Notes under the pieces: generated by a model
Seen by the model: only the letters and a program-made list of their open reading frames with translations
What the model was told of the DNA's origin: nothing
Databases searched by the model: none
DNA from: Blastochloris sp.
Lineage (GTDB): Bacteria; Verrucomicrobiota; Verrucomicrobiia; Methylacidiphilales; JAAUTS01
NCBI GenBank assembly: GCA_034440395.1
Contig: JAWXBW010000013.1
Coordinates: 4,595 to 68,594, forward strand
Direction of reading: 5' to 3'
Length of the DNA stretch: 64,000 nucleotides
Translations under genes and position numbers: made by a program
Shown here: positions 35,213-45,074 of the stretch, in pieces
Layout: the number at the start of each line of letters is the position of its first letter
Position numbering within the stretch: the first letter of the stretch is position 1

Positions 35213-35809
35213 ATGTCATTAAAAGCGTTCGTTTCTTCCTTATTTTTATCATTTGCCCTCCTTAGTTCTGGCTCTCTTCAAGCTGAACCCATCAAGACTG
35301 AAAAAGCTGTTTTAGGTGCGGGCTGTTTTTGGTGTGTCGAAGCTATTTTTCAAGAAGTTTCAGGGGTCATTGCCGTGGTCTCTGGCTTTGCGGGTGGAAC
35401 AGTGGCTAACCCCACGTATGAGCAAGTTTGCACAGAGAAGACAGGTCATGCGGAAGTTGTCGAAATCGAATTCGACCCACAGAAAATTTCTTATGAAAAA
35501 TTATTAGAAGTCTTTTGGAAAACCCACGACATCACAGACGGTCGTGGAGTAGCACCAGATTTCGGACCGTCCTATCGCCCAATCATTTTGTATGCTAACG
35601 AAGCGCAGAAAGCGACGGCCTTTAAGTCGAAACAGGAAATTCAAAAAACGGTTAAAAAACCCATTGGTGCAGAAATCGTGCCTCTCAAAGTTTTTTATCC
35701 AGCGGAGGATTACCATCAAGATTACGTAAAAAATAATCCTAACCAGCCTTACGTTAAAGCCGTTAGTATCCCCAAGCTGAAAAAACTAGGCTTCTCTACA
35801 CCTAAATAA
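35213..35809 (+). CDS. msrA: Peptide-methionine (S)-S-oxide reductase MsrA with signal peptide
   Basis: 198 aa. Signal sequence LFLSFALLSSGSLQA, catalytic GAGCFWCVEA, and GHAEVVEIEFDP. Confidence 0.85.
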   Translation: MSLKAFVSSLFLSFALLSSGSLQAEPIKTEKAVLGAGCFWCVEAIFQEVSGVIAVVSGFAGGTVANPTYEQVCTEKTGHAEVVEIEFDPQKISYEKLLEVFWKTHDITDGRGVAPDFGPSYRPIILYANEAQKATAFKSKQEIQKTVKKPIGAEIVPLKVFYPAEDYHQDYVKNNPNQPYVKAVSIPKLKKLGFSTPK

Positions 35810-35826
35810 GCTTGGTGACTTACATG

Positions 35827-36414
35827 TCATAAAGCCACGAAACTTCTCCAACGTTGATTGGTCGCACCCGCGTTAGAAAACGTAGGTTTCTCATGCGTTT
35901 CCTCGGCCACTAAGTGGAAGCCGCCTTGAGTCAGCCAATAGGTTAACGATTGAGCTGAGAGTAGCCCGCTATCAGGAGATGGCTCCAAACTTCCTAAGGC
36001 AATCAGCCCGTCAGGACGCAACACGCGGCGCACTTCACTTAACGCAGCGGCAGGATCCGTTAAGTTCTGGAAAAGTGCCGAAGCAAAAACCAGATCGAAG
36101 GAATGATCTCCAAAAGGTAGTTGATAAATATCGGCCTTACGAAAGGAGGCATTCACCTGTTCTAACCCGAAGGCTAAACGCTCTGCCTTGATTAGTTTAT
36201 TCGCATCCAAATCAATTCCCGTCACTTGACCAGGGAAGATGCGTTGGGCGATGTCTAGCGTGATCGTTCCTAGCCCGCAACCACAGTCCAGCACGGATTG
36301 ACCGGGTTGTAGCCATGGGAGGACAAAGTCCCTTGGTAATTCCAAGGTTTTCGTGTTACTAGATTTCTCTGATGGCGTGTTGTGCTGGTAGTAGGTTCTA
36401 TCTTTAACTGTCAT
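35827..36414 (-). CDS. Class I SAM-dependent methyltransferase
   Basis: 195 aa. SAM motif I VLDCGCGLGTIT, then DLVFASALFQNL. Confidence 0.75.
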   Translation of the reverse strand: MTVKDRTYYQHNTPSEKSSNTKTLELPRDFVLPWLQPGQSVLDCGCGLGTITLDIAQRIFPGQVTGIDLDANKLIKAERLAFGLEQVNASFRKADIYQLPFGDHSFDLVFASALFQNLTDPAAALSEVRRVLRPDGLIALGSLEPSPDSGLLSAQSLTYWLTQGGFHLVAEETHEKPTFSNAGATNQRWRSFVAL

Positions 36415-36455
36415 GGTCTTTGTTCCTATTTTTTGGGAAACTCAAGGCCGTGGAC

Positions 36456-36489
36456 AATAAAAAACCCACAGCCTTAGTCAGCCGTGGGT
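36456..36489 (-). terminator. Rho-independent terminator (minus-strand specific)
   Basis: The minus-strand RNA folds as CCCACGGC-UGACUAAG-GCUGUGGG, an 8-9 bp stem with one G-U pair. On the plus strand that pair would be an A-C mismatch. The stem is followed by UUUUUUAUU. Confidence 0.5.
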
Positions 36490-36514
36490 GGGTTTCGTTT
36501 AAATTATCAATTGA

Positions 36515-36595
36515 TCAAAAACACGAATCCAGCACGGCTGCATCGACGATAACGACGACGGCCATAATGGAGATAGCTTTGACAATAACTTGCAT
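36515..36595 (-). CDS. 26-codon hydrophobic micro-ORF (speculative)
   Basis: The minus strand reads ATG CAA GTT ... TGA = MQVIVKAISIMAVVVIVDAAVLDSCF. The terminator above follows about 25 nt downstream. No SD motif, and TATAAA lies 7-12 nt upstream of the ATG. Confidence 0.25.
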   Translation of the reverse strand: MQVIVKAISIMAVVVIVDAAVLDSCF

Positions 36596-37002
36596 GAAGC
36601 TTTATAATTAGTGGATAGCTTTCAAATAGTCAAGCTTGGAACGCACATTTACAAAACGACGACGCAACAAAGTGTGACCTATGTCGTTAGACTTTGTGTT
36701 ATCTATATCCCTACACCATACCGAGTTAAAATAGCGGAGGGAGATGAGGTGAAACCGTTCGACTACCGCTTTTTTGCTCATCGATCTTTGTTCACATATC
36801 CGTTAATGAAGAACAATAGAAATTTAAGCCAATTACTTTCTGGTGGTGCGATAATCTTCCGCGAATCTCTTCATGCATTAGGCACAAGCCGATTCCAAAA
36901 GTAAATTAACAACTCAAAAGAAACCGCAACCCAGCAACGTTTCTATTTCCTCAACTATGAGGGAACCTTGACTCTCCGACCTAACTCTTTAATAAATAGT
37001 CT

Positions 37003-37500
37003 ATGTCACGATTCCCGGACCGATTCGATCTTCTCGTGCGCAAGGTGCGCGAGGGGGATTTTACCCCAGATCGTCAGATCGACTTTCTGCTAGCCGCTTT
37101 TTTTACCTTGAAGGAAGCTCATCTTATCAATGCTGCCGATGAAGTTTCGCCACTCCCGACTTTTTTAGAGCTTGATGAAGCAGTGCTTATGCCTGTCTTT
37201 ACCTCTGCCGATCAAGCCGACACCTACACCTCCGAGCGGGGGCAGCGAGGGGATCATGACGACTTATGTTTAATTTCAATGCCGCCTGCCATTGTCCTAG
37301 ACTATGCGGAATCCTTTATAAGCTATGGCTGCAAAGACTGGTTTATTAACCCAGGGCCTTTCGGCTTCATCATTAGCCTGCAAGAAGCGCAAGCTTATCA
37401 GCAGCAGAAAAATAAAGTAGGTCAACGCCCAGACATCGGCTTTTGGATTCCGAATCTTACGTCCCAAGAAGAAGCGTTTTGGGAAGATAACGGGCTTTGA
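37003..37500 (+). CDS. Hypothetical protein, possibly SseB-like
   Basis: 165 aa ending 9 nt upstream of uvrA. AVLMPVFTSADQADTY weakly recalls the SseB N-terminal domain. Confidence 0.45.
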   Translation: MSRFPDRFDLLVRKVREGDFTPDRQIDFLLAAFFTLKEAHLINAADEVSPLPTFLELDEAVLMPVFTSADQADTYTSERGQRGDHDDLCLISMPPAIVLDYAESFISYGCKDWFINPGPFGFIISLQEAQAYQQQKNKVGQRPDIGFWIPNLTSQEEAFWEDNGL

Positions 37501-37509
37501 GTTCCACCT

Positions 37510-40371
37510 ATGTCTCAAGAGCCTCAATTCATCCGCATCACAGGCGCAAGGCAACATAATTTAAAAAATATTTCCGTCGCACTGCCGCGCAACCAGCTAG
37601 TCGTCATCACGGGTCCTTCGGGTTCAGGTAAATCGTCTTTAGCTTTTGATACCTTATTTGCCGAAGGGCAGCGTCGTTACATGCAGAGTTTATCTTCTTA
37701 TGCACGTCAGTTTCTGGAACAGATTGAAAAACCCGATGTGGACTTTATCGAAGGCTTGTCTCCGAGCGTCGCCATTGAGCAGCAAAGCTCCAACAGTAAC
37801 CCACGTTCGACCATCGCCACGGTGACAGAAATTTATGATTACTTGCGCGTGCTTTACGCTAGTTGTGGACAGCCACATCACCCAGTTTCTGGTAAAATGT
37901 TAAGGAAACGTAGTTTGCAGGAAATAGCAGATCAGGTTGTAGATCAACCCGCATCCGATCGTTTCATGATCTTAGCTCCCATGGTGCAGAAACAAAAAGG
38001 CGAGTTTCGTGACGTGTTAGAAAAATGTCAAAAAGACGGATATCTCCGGGTGCGGATTGATGGTGCCGTGTACACCTTAGATCAGCCAATAAAGTTAGAC
38101 CCCAAAAAAGCTCACACTATAGAGGTAGTCGTTGATCGTCTAAAAGCTTCCAGCACTTCGAAAACTCGTGCGGCAGAATCAATCGAGCTCGGCATCAAGG
38201 TAGGGGATGGATTAATTCGTGTCGTGTGGTTAGGAGTAGAGGATGACGTTGTAGCGGAGTGGGTCATGAGCAATCAAAATTATGATCCAGAAACCGGCTA
38301 TCATTTTCCCGTTTTGGAAGCACGCCATTTTTCTTTTAACAGCCCACTAGGAGCCTGCCCTGCCTGTGGTGGCACGGGGACATTACTCCTGCCTGACGCG
38401 GATCTCATCATCACAGATACTGAAATGCCTTTAGAAGAAATGCCGTTTGGGCCGTGGCGCCGTGCTCCAAAGCGTATGGCAGGCTACTATAAAAATTACC
38501 TACAAGATTTAGCGGATCATGCTGGTGTTTCCATGCGGTCAACGTGGAAGGAACTACCGACTTCATTCCATAAGCTTATTATGGAAGGGTCTGCTGGTCA
38601 GGACATACTTTTTAATTCATTAAAAGCTGGAACTAAAGTAAAACAATCTAAGCCTTTTGAAGGGCTACTGCATTTCGTGCAGAATCTTTATGATGCCAGT
38701 GACAGTCCTTTGACACGGCACCGTATGGCAGCCTTTATGAGTAAAAGCACTTGTCCTGTTTGTCAGGGTAAACGTTTAAAGAAAGAGGTTCTTGCGGTTA
38801 CTTTAGGCAGTAAGGAAGATGGTGCGGCACCGAATATTGATGACTTTTGTCGCTGGACGGTTGATGAAGCATTGGCTTTTTTAGATGCTAAAAAATGGTC
38901 GGCTGAAGAAACTCCTATCGTAAAGGAGTTAATTGCAGAGATTTGCGCACGGTTAAAATTCATGCAAGAAGTGGGTTTGGGTTATCTGACTTTAAATCGT
39001 GAGGCTGGCACACTTTCTGGCGGGGAGAGTCAACGCATACGACTGGCTACGCAAATTGGATCAGGGTTGAGTGGAGTGCTCTATGTTTTAGATGAGCCGA
39101 GCATAGGTTTGCATCAACGTGACAATGAGAGACTCATCACTACCCTAGAACGTTTACGTGATATGGGAAATTCTGTCGTAGTGGTGGAACATGATGAGGA
39201 CACCATGCGGCGTGCTGATTATGTCGTGGACATGGGGCCTGCGGCGGGAGTGAGAGGCGGGGAGATCGTGGCGGAGGGAACTCTTCAAGAATTATTAGAT
39301 CACCCGAAATCGCTGACCGGCCGTTATCTTTCAGAAAGGCTTAAGATTGATGTGCCGCGTCGCAGGCATGCCCCTAAGAATGAGTGGCTAAGCGTGGTGG
39401 GCGCTCGGGAGAATAATCTTAAAAATGTGACCGCACGTTTTCCTATAGGTTGTTTCACGTGTGTGACGGGCGTAAGTGGTTCAGGAAAAAGCACCTTAGT
39501 TAGTGATGTTCTGAGCCGCGCGCTGTTCCGGAGTTTTTATCAAGCGAAAGAACGTCCTGGTCTGCACGATCGAATCGAGGGTTTGGAACATTTAGATAAA
39601 GTGGTGACGATTGATCAAAGTGCTATCGGACGCACACCGCGTTCTAATCCAGCCACGTATGTCGGAGCCTTTGATGCTATCCGTGATCTTTATGCGCAAC
39701 TGCCTGCCTCGCGTATACGTGGGTATGCCAAGGGACGTTTTAGTTTTAATGTGCCGGGGGGACGTTGTGAGCATTGCGAGGGCGATGGTTATAAGAAAAT
39801 CGAGATGCATTTTTTGCCTGATGTGTATGTGCCTTGTGAGGTTTGCAAAGGTCAGCGTTTCAACCGGGAGACTTTAGAGGTAACTTTTAAAAGTAAAAAT
39901 ATTGCGGATATTTTAGCTTTGACGGTGCATGAAGCGCTGGATTTATTTCAAAGTATTCCCGCTATTTTCGGAAAACTCGAACCCTTAGCTCAAGTGGGCT
40001 TAGGGTATCTTACTCTAGGCCAGTCGGCTACCACGCTATCGGGCGGGGAGGCGCAGAGAGTCAAGTTGGCGGCGGAGTTAACAAAAAAGGCAACAGGTCG
40101 GACTTGTTACATTATGGATGAGCCTACGACAGGGCTGCATTTTGTGGATATTGAGGAATTGCTACGGGTGCTTTTTAAATTACGGGACCAGGGTAATACA
40201 ATCATCGTGATTGAACATCATCTAGACGTGATTAAGTCTGCAGACTATGTCATAGACATAGGGCCAGAGGGCGGAGAAAAGGGGGGGCAGATCGTGACGT
40301 GCGGAACGCCAGAGGCCGTGGCGCAATTTGAAGGTAGTCATACAGGTCGGTTTTTGCTAAGAAAGTTATGA
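37510..40371 (+). CDS. uvrA: Excinuclease ABC subunit A
   Basis: 953 aa. Two ABC modules (GPSGSGKSSLAFDT, GVSGSGKSTLV), signatures LSGGESQRIRLA and LSGGEAQRVKLA, and zinc modules CPACGG and CEHCEGDG...CEVCKG. Confidence 0.95.
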   Translation: MSQEPQFIRITGARQHNLKNISVALPRNQLVVITGPSGSGKSSLAFDTLFAEGQRRYMQSLSSYARQFLEQIEKPDVDFIEGLSPSVAIEQQSSNSNPRSTIATVTEIYDYLRVLYASCGQPHHPVSGKMLRKRSLQEIADQVVDQPASDRFMILAPMVQKQKGEFRDVLEKCQKDGYLRVRIDGAVYTLDQPIKLDPKKAHTIEVVVDRLKASSTSKTRAAESIELGIKVGDGLIRVVWLGVEDDVVAEWVMSNQNYDPETGYHFPVLEARHFSFNSPLGACPACGGTGTLLLPDADLIITDTEMPLEEMPFGPWRRAPKRMAGYYKNYLQDLADHAGVSMRSTWKELPTSFHKLIMEGSAGQDILFNSLKAGTKVKQSKPFEGLLHFVQNLYDASDSPLTRHRMAAFMSKSTCPVCQGKRLKKEVLAVTLGSKEDGAAPNIDDFCRWTVDEALAFLDAKKWSAEETPIVKELIAEICARLKFMQEVGLGYLTLNREAGTLSGGESQRIRLATQIGSGLSGVLYVLDEPSIGLHQRDNERLITTLERLRDMGNSVVVVEHDEDTMRRADYVVDMGPAAGVRGGEIVAEGTLQELLDHPKSLTGRYLSERLKIDVPRRRHAPKNEWLSVVGARENNLKNVTARFPIGCFTCVTGVSGSGKSTLVSDVLSRALFRSFYQAKERPGLHDRIEGLEHLDKVVTIDQSAIGRTPRSNPATYVGAFDAIRDLYAQLPASRIRGYAKGRFSFNVPGGRCEHCEGDGYKKIEMHFLPDVYVPCEVCKGQRFNRETLEVTFKSKNIADILALTVHEALDLFQSIPAIFGKLEPLAQVGLGYLTLGQSATTLSGGEAQRVKLAAELTKKATGRTCYIMDEPTTGLHFVDIEELLRVLFKLRDQGNTIIVIEHHLDVIKSADYVIDIGPEGGEKGGQIVTCGTPEAVAQFEGSHTGRFLLRKL

Positions 40372-40378
40372 ACGCACG

Positions 40379-42946
40379 ATGGGAAAAATATTGCCACCAC
40401 TAGGCCTGCCAACAAATGGCGTCCGATTGCTCCGGACCGTTAGTCTTAGTTGTGTCTTGAGTTTATCCTTTCTCGGAAGTATTTCTGCTAAACCTAGTTC
40501 TGCGGAGAGACGAGTTTTCACTGTTGCTCAGAAAGCTTTTGAGGACACTCAGTATGATGTTGCGGCGCTGAAGTTGCAGGAATTCCAGAAAACGTTTCCT
40601 AAAAGTGAATTAAAATCAGAGGCTCAGATGTTGTTAGGTCAGAGTTATTTTTTTCAGGATGCTTTAGATAAAGCTCTAGAGATTTTTCAGAATCCACCGA
40701 CAACGGCGAGTAATGAACAAAAAAGTGATTTTTCTTTTTGGAAGGCAGAGACCTTACATCGACAAAAAAAATGGGATGCCGCCGTGGAGGCCTATCAAGC
40801 TTTATCCAAAGACTTCCCAGAGAGTCTTCGCCTTAAGACACTACCTTTGAATCTAAGCGAAGCTTTATTGAGTGCGGGTAAGTCACAGGAATCGGTGGAG
40901 GTTTTAGCCCCTTTACTCGCTTTAAAAACTACGGATAAAGAGCGCCATCCCGCTGTGTTACAGCAGGCTCGTATTCTGACAACACTCGGCCAGTTCGCAG
41001 ATGCGGACGCCCTCTTAGTTATGTTGCTGAAGGAAAAGTTGGATCGTGGTGTTCTGTATCAAGCCGCCTACCTTTCTGGAGAAATTAATTTACAATTAAA
41101 GAAATGGGTTGAGGCCAAGGCGAGCTTTCGCAGACTGACAGAGGACAGTCGAGCCTACCCAGAAAGTCTGGTGGCGCAGTCTTGGTTAGGGATCGGCGCT
41201 GCAGAAGAAGCTGAACAAAAATGGGCGCCAGCTACGAATGCCTATGAAAAGGCTTTAGAGTTTTCCAATACGACGGCTTTATTTGAACGTTCCGTGGTTC
41301 GTTACTTAAGCACCCACGCTAAGGCGGATACCTTAGCTAAGGGAACGCTGAAGGTAAGGCAATTGGCTCGGGAGCGAAAGGATGCAGGAGCGATCGGATT
41401 TTATGCTATCGGAAAATTTTATTTTGAAGCAAAAAATTTTGATGCGGCTATTTCCGAATTAGACAATTTTATTAATAACAATCCTGATTCCCCTTGGGTT
41501 ACAGCATCGAAATTATTGATCGCAAATTGTTTGTATGAGAAAAAAGAGGTCACAGCTGCGACGACGAATCTTAAAGCATTAATAGATGAAAAGAAAGATA
41601 AGGACATTGTTTTCCAAGCGCGTTTACGCCTAGCAGAAATCTTGTATGAGCAAGGGGATTACAAAGAGGCATCTGATTATTTTCTTGCCGCAGCTCAGTC
41701 CGATGTGGCTAGTAACCCTATCTTTGAAGGCGCTTATTTTCGTGGATTAATCTCGCTCGCTAAGGCGGGAAATTTAGATGACTTTATTAAACAATTAAGT
41801 GTGTTTACGACGAAGTATCCTGCAAGTTTTAAAAAGAATGACTTATTGTTAGAACAGGCCGTCCTGTTGGAGGCAAGGGGTAAGAGCGAGGAAGCGCGTA
41901 AGCTTTATGAGACTGTAGTGACGGCAAATGCGGCTGGGAGTAAGCCTGAGGCGCTCTTGCGCTTAGGTAGGTCTTTTTATGAGGCGGCGGATTATGCGAA
42001 GGCAATTGATTCGTTTTATCAGTTAGAGAAAAGTTTCCCCAGCTATGCGTCCTTAGACCAAGTGGTTTATTTGCGGATCATGGCTCAAGTGGAGAGTGGC
42101 CTTATCAAAGGGCTAGATGCGCGGACTGAGTATGAGAGTTTCATCACACGTTTCCCTGAATCTTCTGAAATTCCCATGATGTCCTTTAAGCTGGCCGAGT
42201 CCTACTCCCAAGACGGCAATTTCTTCGAGGCACAGAAACGCTTTGAGAAAGTCGCGGCTGATTTCCCTAAGGCTAAAGGTTTTTTGGCAGACTTTGCTCT
42301 CTACCGTGCTGGACTTAGTTCTATGGCGCAGGCTGAGTATAAAAATGCCGTAATCATTTTCGAAAAAATAGTAAACGATTCACCCGCTAAAACCGCTTCG
42401 CGTCTAGCACAGATACGTTGTTACATGGCACGGAATAACTATGTTGATGCGATCAGGATTTGTGATTCTGTTATTTTGAATCATAAAGAAGATGAGGACT
42501 GGGCTGAGGCTTCTATCCGTAAGGCAAATTGTCTTTACACGCTGGCGGCTCAGGATGAAAAAAATTATCCTCTGGCTTTAGAGATTACTTCAAAAATTTT
42601 AGTTTCGAAGAATGTCAGTATCCACCGACGTAATGAGGCTGGACATTTAAAAGGTGCTATTTTGCAAAAACTAGGCCGATCAACCGAAGCGATGGAGGCT
42701 TATTTAGATGTGGTCTATGCTCAAGCACTGCCTTCTGAGGTAACGGGAATTGAGCCGCATCCAGAGTTTTATTGGCTGATTAAATCTGGCCTAGCGGCGG
42801 CTACGATGCGGGAAGATAAGGGAGATGTGCGGGGAGCCGTAGAAATTTACAGAATTTTAGAGCGCTTAGGAGATCCGAATCGAGAGGAATTTCGGCGCAA
42901 GATCGAGGCCTTAAAATCTAAGAACTTTCTTTACGAAGAATCCTAA
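40379..42946 (+). CDS. Large secreted TPR-repeat protein
   Basis: 855 aa with a signal-like N-terminus (LSCVLSLSFLGSISA) and many TPR/YbgF-like repeats (e.g. YDVAALKLQEFQKTFPKSEL, YKEASDYFLAAAQ). It starts 7 nt after uvrA. Confidence 0.7.
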   Translation: MGKILPPLGLPTNGVRLLRTVSLSCVLSLSFLGSISAKPSSAERRVFTVAQKAFEDTQYDVAALKLQEFQKTFPKSELKSEAQMLLGQSYFFQDALDKALEIFQNPPTTASNEQKSDFSFWKAETLHRQKKWDAAVEAYQALSKDFPESLRLKTLPLNLSEALLSAGKSQESVEVLAPLLALKTTDKERHPAVLQQARILTTLGQFADADALLVMLLKEKLDRGVLYQAAYLSGEINLQLKKWVEAKASFRRLTEDSRAYPESLVAQSWLGIGAAEEAEQKWAPATNAYEKALEFSNTTALFERSVVRYLSTHAKADTLAKGTLKVRQLARERKDAGAIGFYAIGKFYFEAKNFDAAISELDNFINNNPDSPWVTASKLLIANCLYEKKEVTAATTNLKALIDEKKDKDIVFQARLRLAEILYEQGDYKEASDYFLAAAQSDVASNPIFEGAYFRGLISLAKAGNLDDFIKQLSVFTTKYPASFKKNDLLLEQAVLLEARGKSEEARKLYETVVTANAAGSKPEALLRLGRSFYEAADYAKAIDSFYQLEKSFPSYASLDQVVYLRIMAQVESGLIKGLDARTEYESFITRFPESSEIPMMSFKLAESYSQDGNFFEAQKRFEKVAADFPKAKGFLADFALYRAGLSSMAQAEYKNAVIIFEKIVNDSPAKTASRLAQIRCYMARNNYVDAIRICDSVILNHKEDEDWAEASIRKANCLYTLAAQDEKNYPLALEITSKILVSKNVSIHRRNEAGHLKGAILQKLGRSTEAMEAYLDVVYAQALPSEVTGIEPHPEFYWLIKSGLAAATMREDKGDVRGAVEIYRILERLGDPNREEFRRKIEALKSKNFLYEES

Positions 42947-42977
42947 CATCCTGATTAATAGTAGGTTGTGTTTTTTT
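42946..42977 (+). terminator. Possible weak rho-independent terminator after the uvrA-TPR unit
   Basis: ACATCCT (42946..42952) pairs with AGGTTGT (42963..42969) at 6 of 7 positions. T7 run at 42971..42977. Confidence 0.35.
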
Positions 42978-43098
42978 GGAAATTATATTTTTATTAAGCC
43001 AGAACTCCAAATCAGGCGTATGGTGAGAAATTTCGCCGTTATTGTCAGTATCGAACTAAAGGCGATCTCATTGACTTGCCGAAGAGCTCTTTTATAGT

Positions 43099-43614
43099 GT
43101 GTTTGTGGAAGATTCATCGATCCTGGTTAAACGGGAAGGGCAAAAAGGTATTGTCCGGGTGGTTGGGAAAGGTTCCTTTAAGAACGCCCAAAACCTTAAA
43201 AAATATATTGAGAGAGCATCACTGGAAGGTGTGCAGGACTTCGTCTTGGACTTGCAAGACTGCGTGCACATGGACAGTACGTTTATGGGCGTGATGGCTG
43301 GTATGGGAGCGGAGAGGCGCCGCATGAAGTTATCTGCTCCTGAGGTCGTTAACACGAATTCCCGTAATCTTGAACTTTTAGAGACTCTTGGGTTGGACCG
43401 AATTTTAACCCTCGTCGCAAGTTCAGATTCTAGCAGTCTAACAGATTTTAACGCAGTCGTTGCGCAGGAAGCGCAAACAAAAGTGGAAGTAGCAGAGACG
43501 ATGCTTGAAGCGCACCAGAATCTAATCGACCTTGATGCGCATAATGCGGCAAAATTTCAGGACGTAATGGTTTATCTGAAAGACAAGCTTGGAGTACACA
43601 CAGCCGCATCTTAG
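43099..43614 (+). CDS. STAS-domain protein (anti-sigma-factor-antagonist-like) with C-terminal extension
   Basis: 171 aa, GTG start. IVRVVGKGSFKNAQNLKKYIE...FVLDLQDCVHMDSTFMGVMAG resembles the SpoIIAA/RsbV fold with a DST loop. About 70 extra C-terminal residues. Confidence 0.6.
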   Translation: MFVEDSSILVKREGQKGIVRVVGKGSFKNAQNLKKYIERASLEGVQDFVLDLQDCVHMDSTFMGVMAGMGAERRRMKLSAPEVVNTNSRNLELLETLGLDRILTLVASSDSSSLTDFNAVVAQEAQTKVEVAETMLEAHQNLIDLDAHNAAKFQDVMVYLKDKLGVHTAAS

Positions 43615-43640
43615 CGATTGTATTTCGCTTTTTACTTTGC

Positions 43641-45074
43641 ATGAATATTTTTTTTCTAGCTCTTATCGGGCTAACTATTTACCTGTCATGGCGCCTGAAC
43701 CGTTTACAAGAGGAAAAAGCAGAACAGGCGGCAAACTCCGCTAAGTTGCAAGAAGAGAAGAAGGTGGTCTTTGATTTATTGCACGATCTAGGGGAAGCGT
43801 TTGCGGAAGAAATCGACCGGCACCAGTTACTTAATATTATTTTAGAATCAAGTTTACGTGTCACAGGCGCACGTAGTGGTGTTGTTTATCTCGTTAATTC
43901 GCAACGAACTCAAATCAGTGCAGAAGCTGTCAGTGGGATGTTTCCCCCGCCCGTATCGTTACCACCAGAAGCCGAAAGTAAGGTCGTCACCCGAGAGGAA
44001 TACCTAGAAACGGTTTTACGTAACGAGGTAATTAAGTTGGATTCCCCATCCATCCTTATAGAAGCCTTAAATAGCGAGGAAGGCTTTCTAGTAGCTGATG
44101 CGAAAGACGATATCCGCTTTCCTAAATTTCATGAAAGCTCTTTGCGAGTTCAGACGTTCATCGCCGTGCCTTTGCGTTATCGTGAGGAAAAGCTGGGGAT
44201 CCTAGCATTAGCTAATCGCTTAGACGATGGTGCTTTCGGCGAGTCTGATTACGAAATAGTGCGCTCTATCGCTTTTCAAGCATCTTTCTCACTTTATAAT
44301 GCTAACGTCTTCAGCCAGCTAGCGGAGAAACAGCGCCTTGATCGAGATTTAGAAACAGCGCGGGAGATTCAACGTATTCTTTTACCTGACAAATGTCCCA
44401 TCATCGAGGGCTATGAAATAGCAGCATTGAACATTCCCGCCCAACACGTCAGCGGAGACTATTACGATTTCGTGGAAGTGGACGAGCATCGTCTAGGCAT
44501 TGCCATTGCAGATGTCTCGGGTAAGGGCGTCCCCGCTTCGCTTATTATGGCCATGTGCCGCACCGTGCTGCGCACCCAAGCACCAGGCCGCAGCTCAGCG
44601 GCTGATGTTCTTCGTCAAGTCAACCGCATCCTTTACCCTGACATTCGAGAAGATATGTTTATCACGATGGCGTATGCCGTCTTAGATTTTAAACACAACA
44701 CGATCACCCTTGCTAAGGCCGGCCATGATGCTCCGATGTTTTATCAAGGTGCAGACACCTTGATCCAAAGCTTACAAACTCCAGGTATTGCTCTTGGGAT
44801 CGACGGGGGTGAGGTTTTTGATGCCGTCGTGGAGGATTTAGTTATTCCCTTCCAATCCGAAGACACTTTGTTACTTTATACCGATGGGGTTAATGAAGCT
44901 GTGGACGCAGAGGAACAAGAATTCGGGAAAGAACAAATTAAAAATGCCTTAAAGCTGTGCGCGTCAGGTGGTGCCGCTTACCTTATTCAAAATATTGTGG
45001 AACGAGTTACTCGTTTTAGAGGAGATCAACCACAAAACGACGACATCACCCTAGTAACTATCAAGAAAAAATGA
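43641..45074 (+). CDS. Membrane-anchored GAF-domain PP2C (SpoIIE/RsbU-type) serine phosphatase
   Basis: 477 aa. N-terminal TM (IFFLALIGLTIYLSW), a coiled coil, a GAF-like region (...FIAVPLRYREEKLGILALANR), and PP2C motifs SGDYYDF, IADVSGKGVPASL, YTDGVNEA, and NDDITLV. Confidence 0.8.
   Translation: MNIFFLALIGLTIYLSWRLNRLQEEKAEQAANSAKLQEEKKVVFDLLHDLGEAFAEEIDRHQLLNIILESSLRVTGARSGVVYLVNSQRTQISAEAVSGMFPPPVSLPPEAESKVVTREEYLETVLRNEVIKLDSPSILIEALNSEEGFLVADAKDDIRFPKFHESSLRVQTFIAVPLRYREEKLGILALANRLDDGAFGESDYEIVRSIAFQASFSLYNANVFSQLAEKQRLDRDLETAREIQRILLPDKCPIIEGYEIAALNIPAQHVSGDYYDFVEVDEHRLGIAIADVSGKGVPASLIMAMCRTVLRTQAPGRSSAADVLRQVNRILYPDIREDMFITMAYAVLDFKHNTITLAKAGHDAPMFYQGADTLIQSLQTPGIALGIDGGEVFDAVVEDLVIPFQSEDTLLLYTDGVNEAVDAEEQEFGKEQIKNALKLCASGGAAYLIQNIVERVTRFRGDQPQNDDITLVTIKKK

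Noticed and set aside
36420-36904. Track ORFs 36420..36611 and 36611..36904 as genes
   Set aside because: They have non-ATG starts, odd composition and no motifs. The first runs antisense across a well-formed minus-strand terminator and micro-ORF.
21421-43090. The 9-mer AAGAGCTCT occurs upstream of two start codons (21421..21429 and 43082..43090)
   Set aside because: Two occurrences of a 9-mer in 64 kb on both strands is close to chance expectation, and there is no further shared context.
43071-43098. Sigma-70-like hexamers TTGACT-N16-TATAGT overlapping the palindrome AAGAGCTCTT
   Set aside because: The -10 element abuts the GTG start at 43099, so it would require a leaderless transcript starting at or after a downstream GTG (43105). 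I cannot support either the promoter or the alternative start without 5'-end data.
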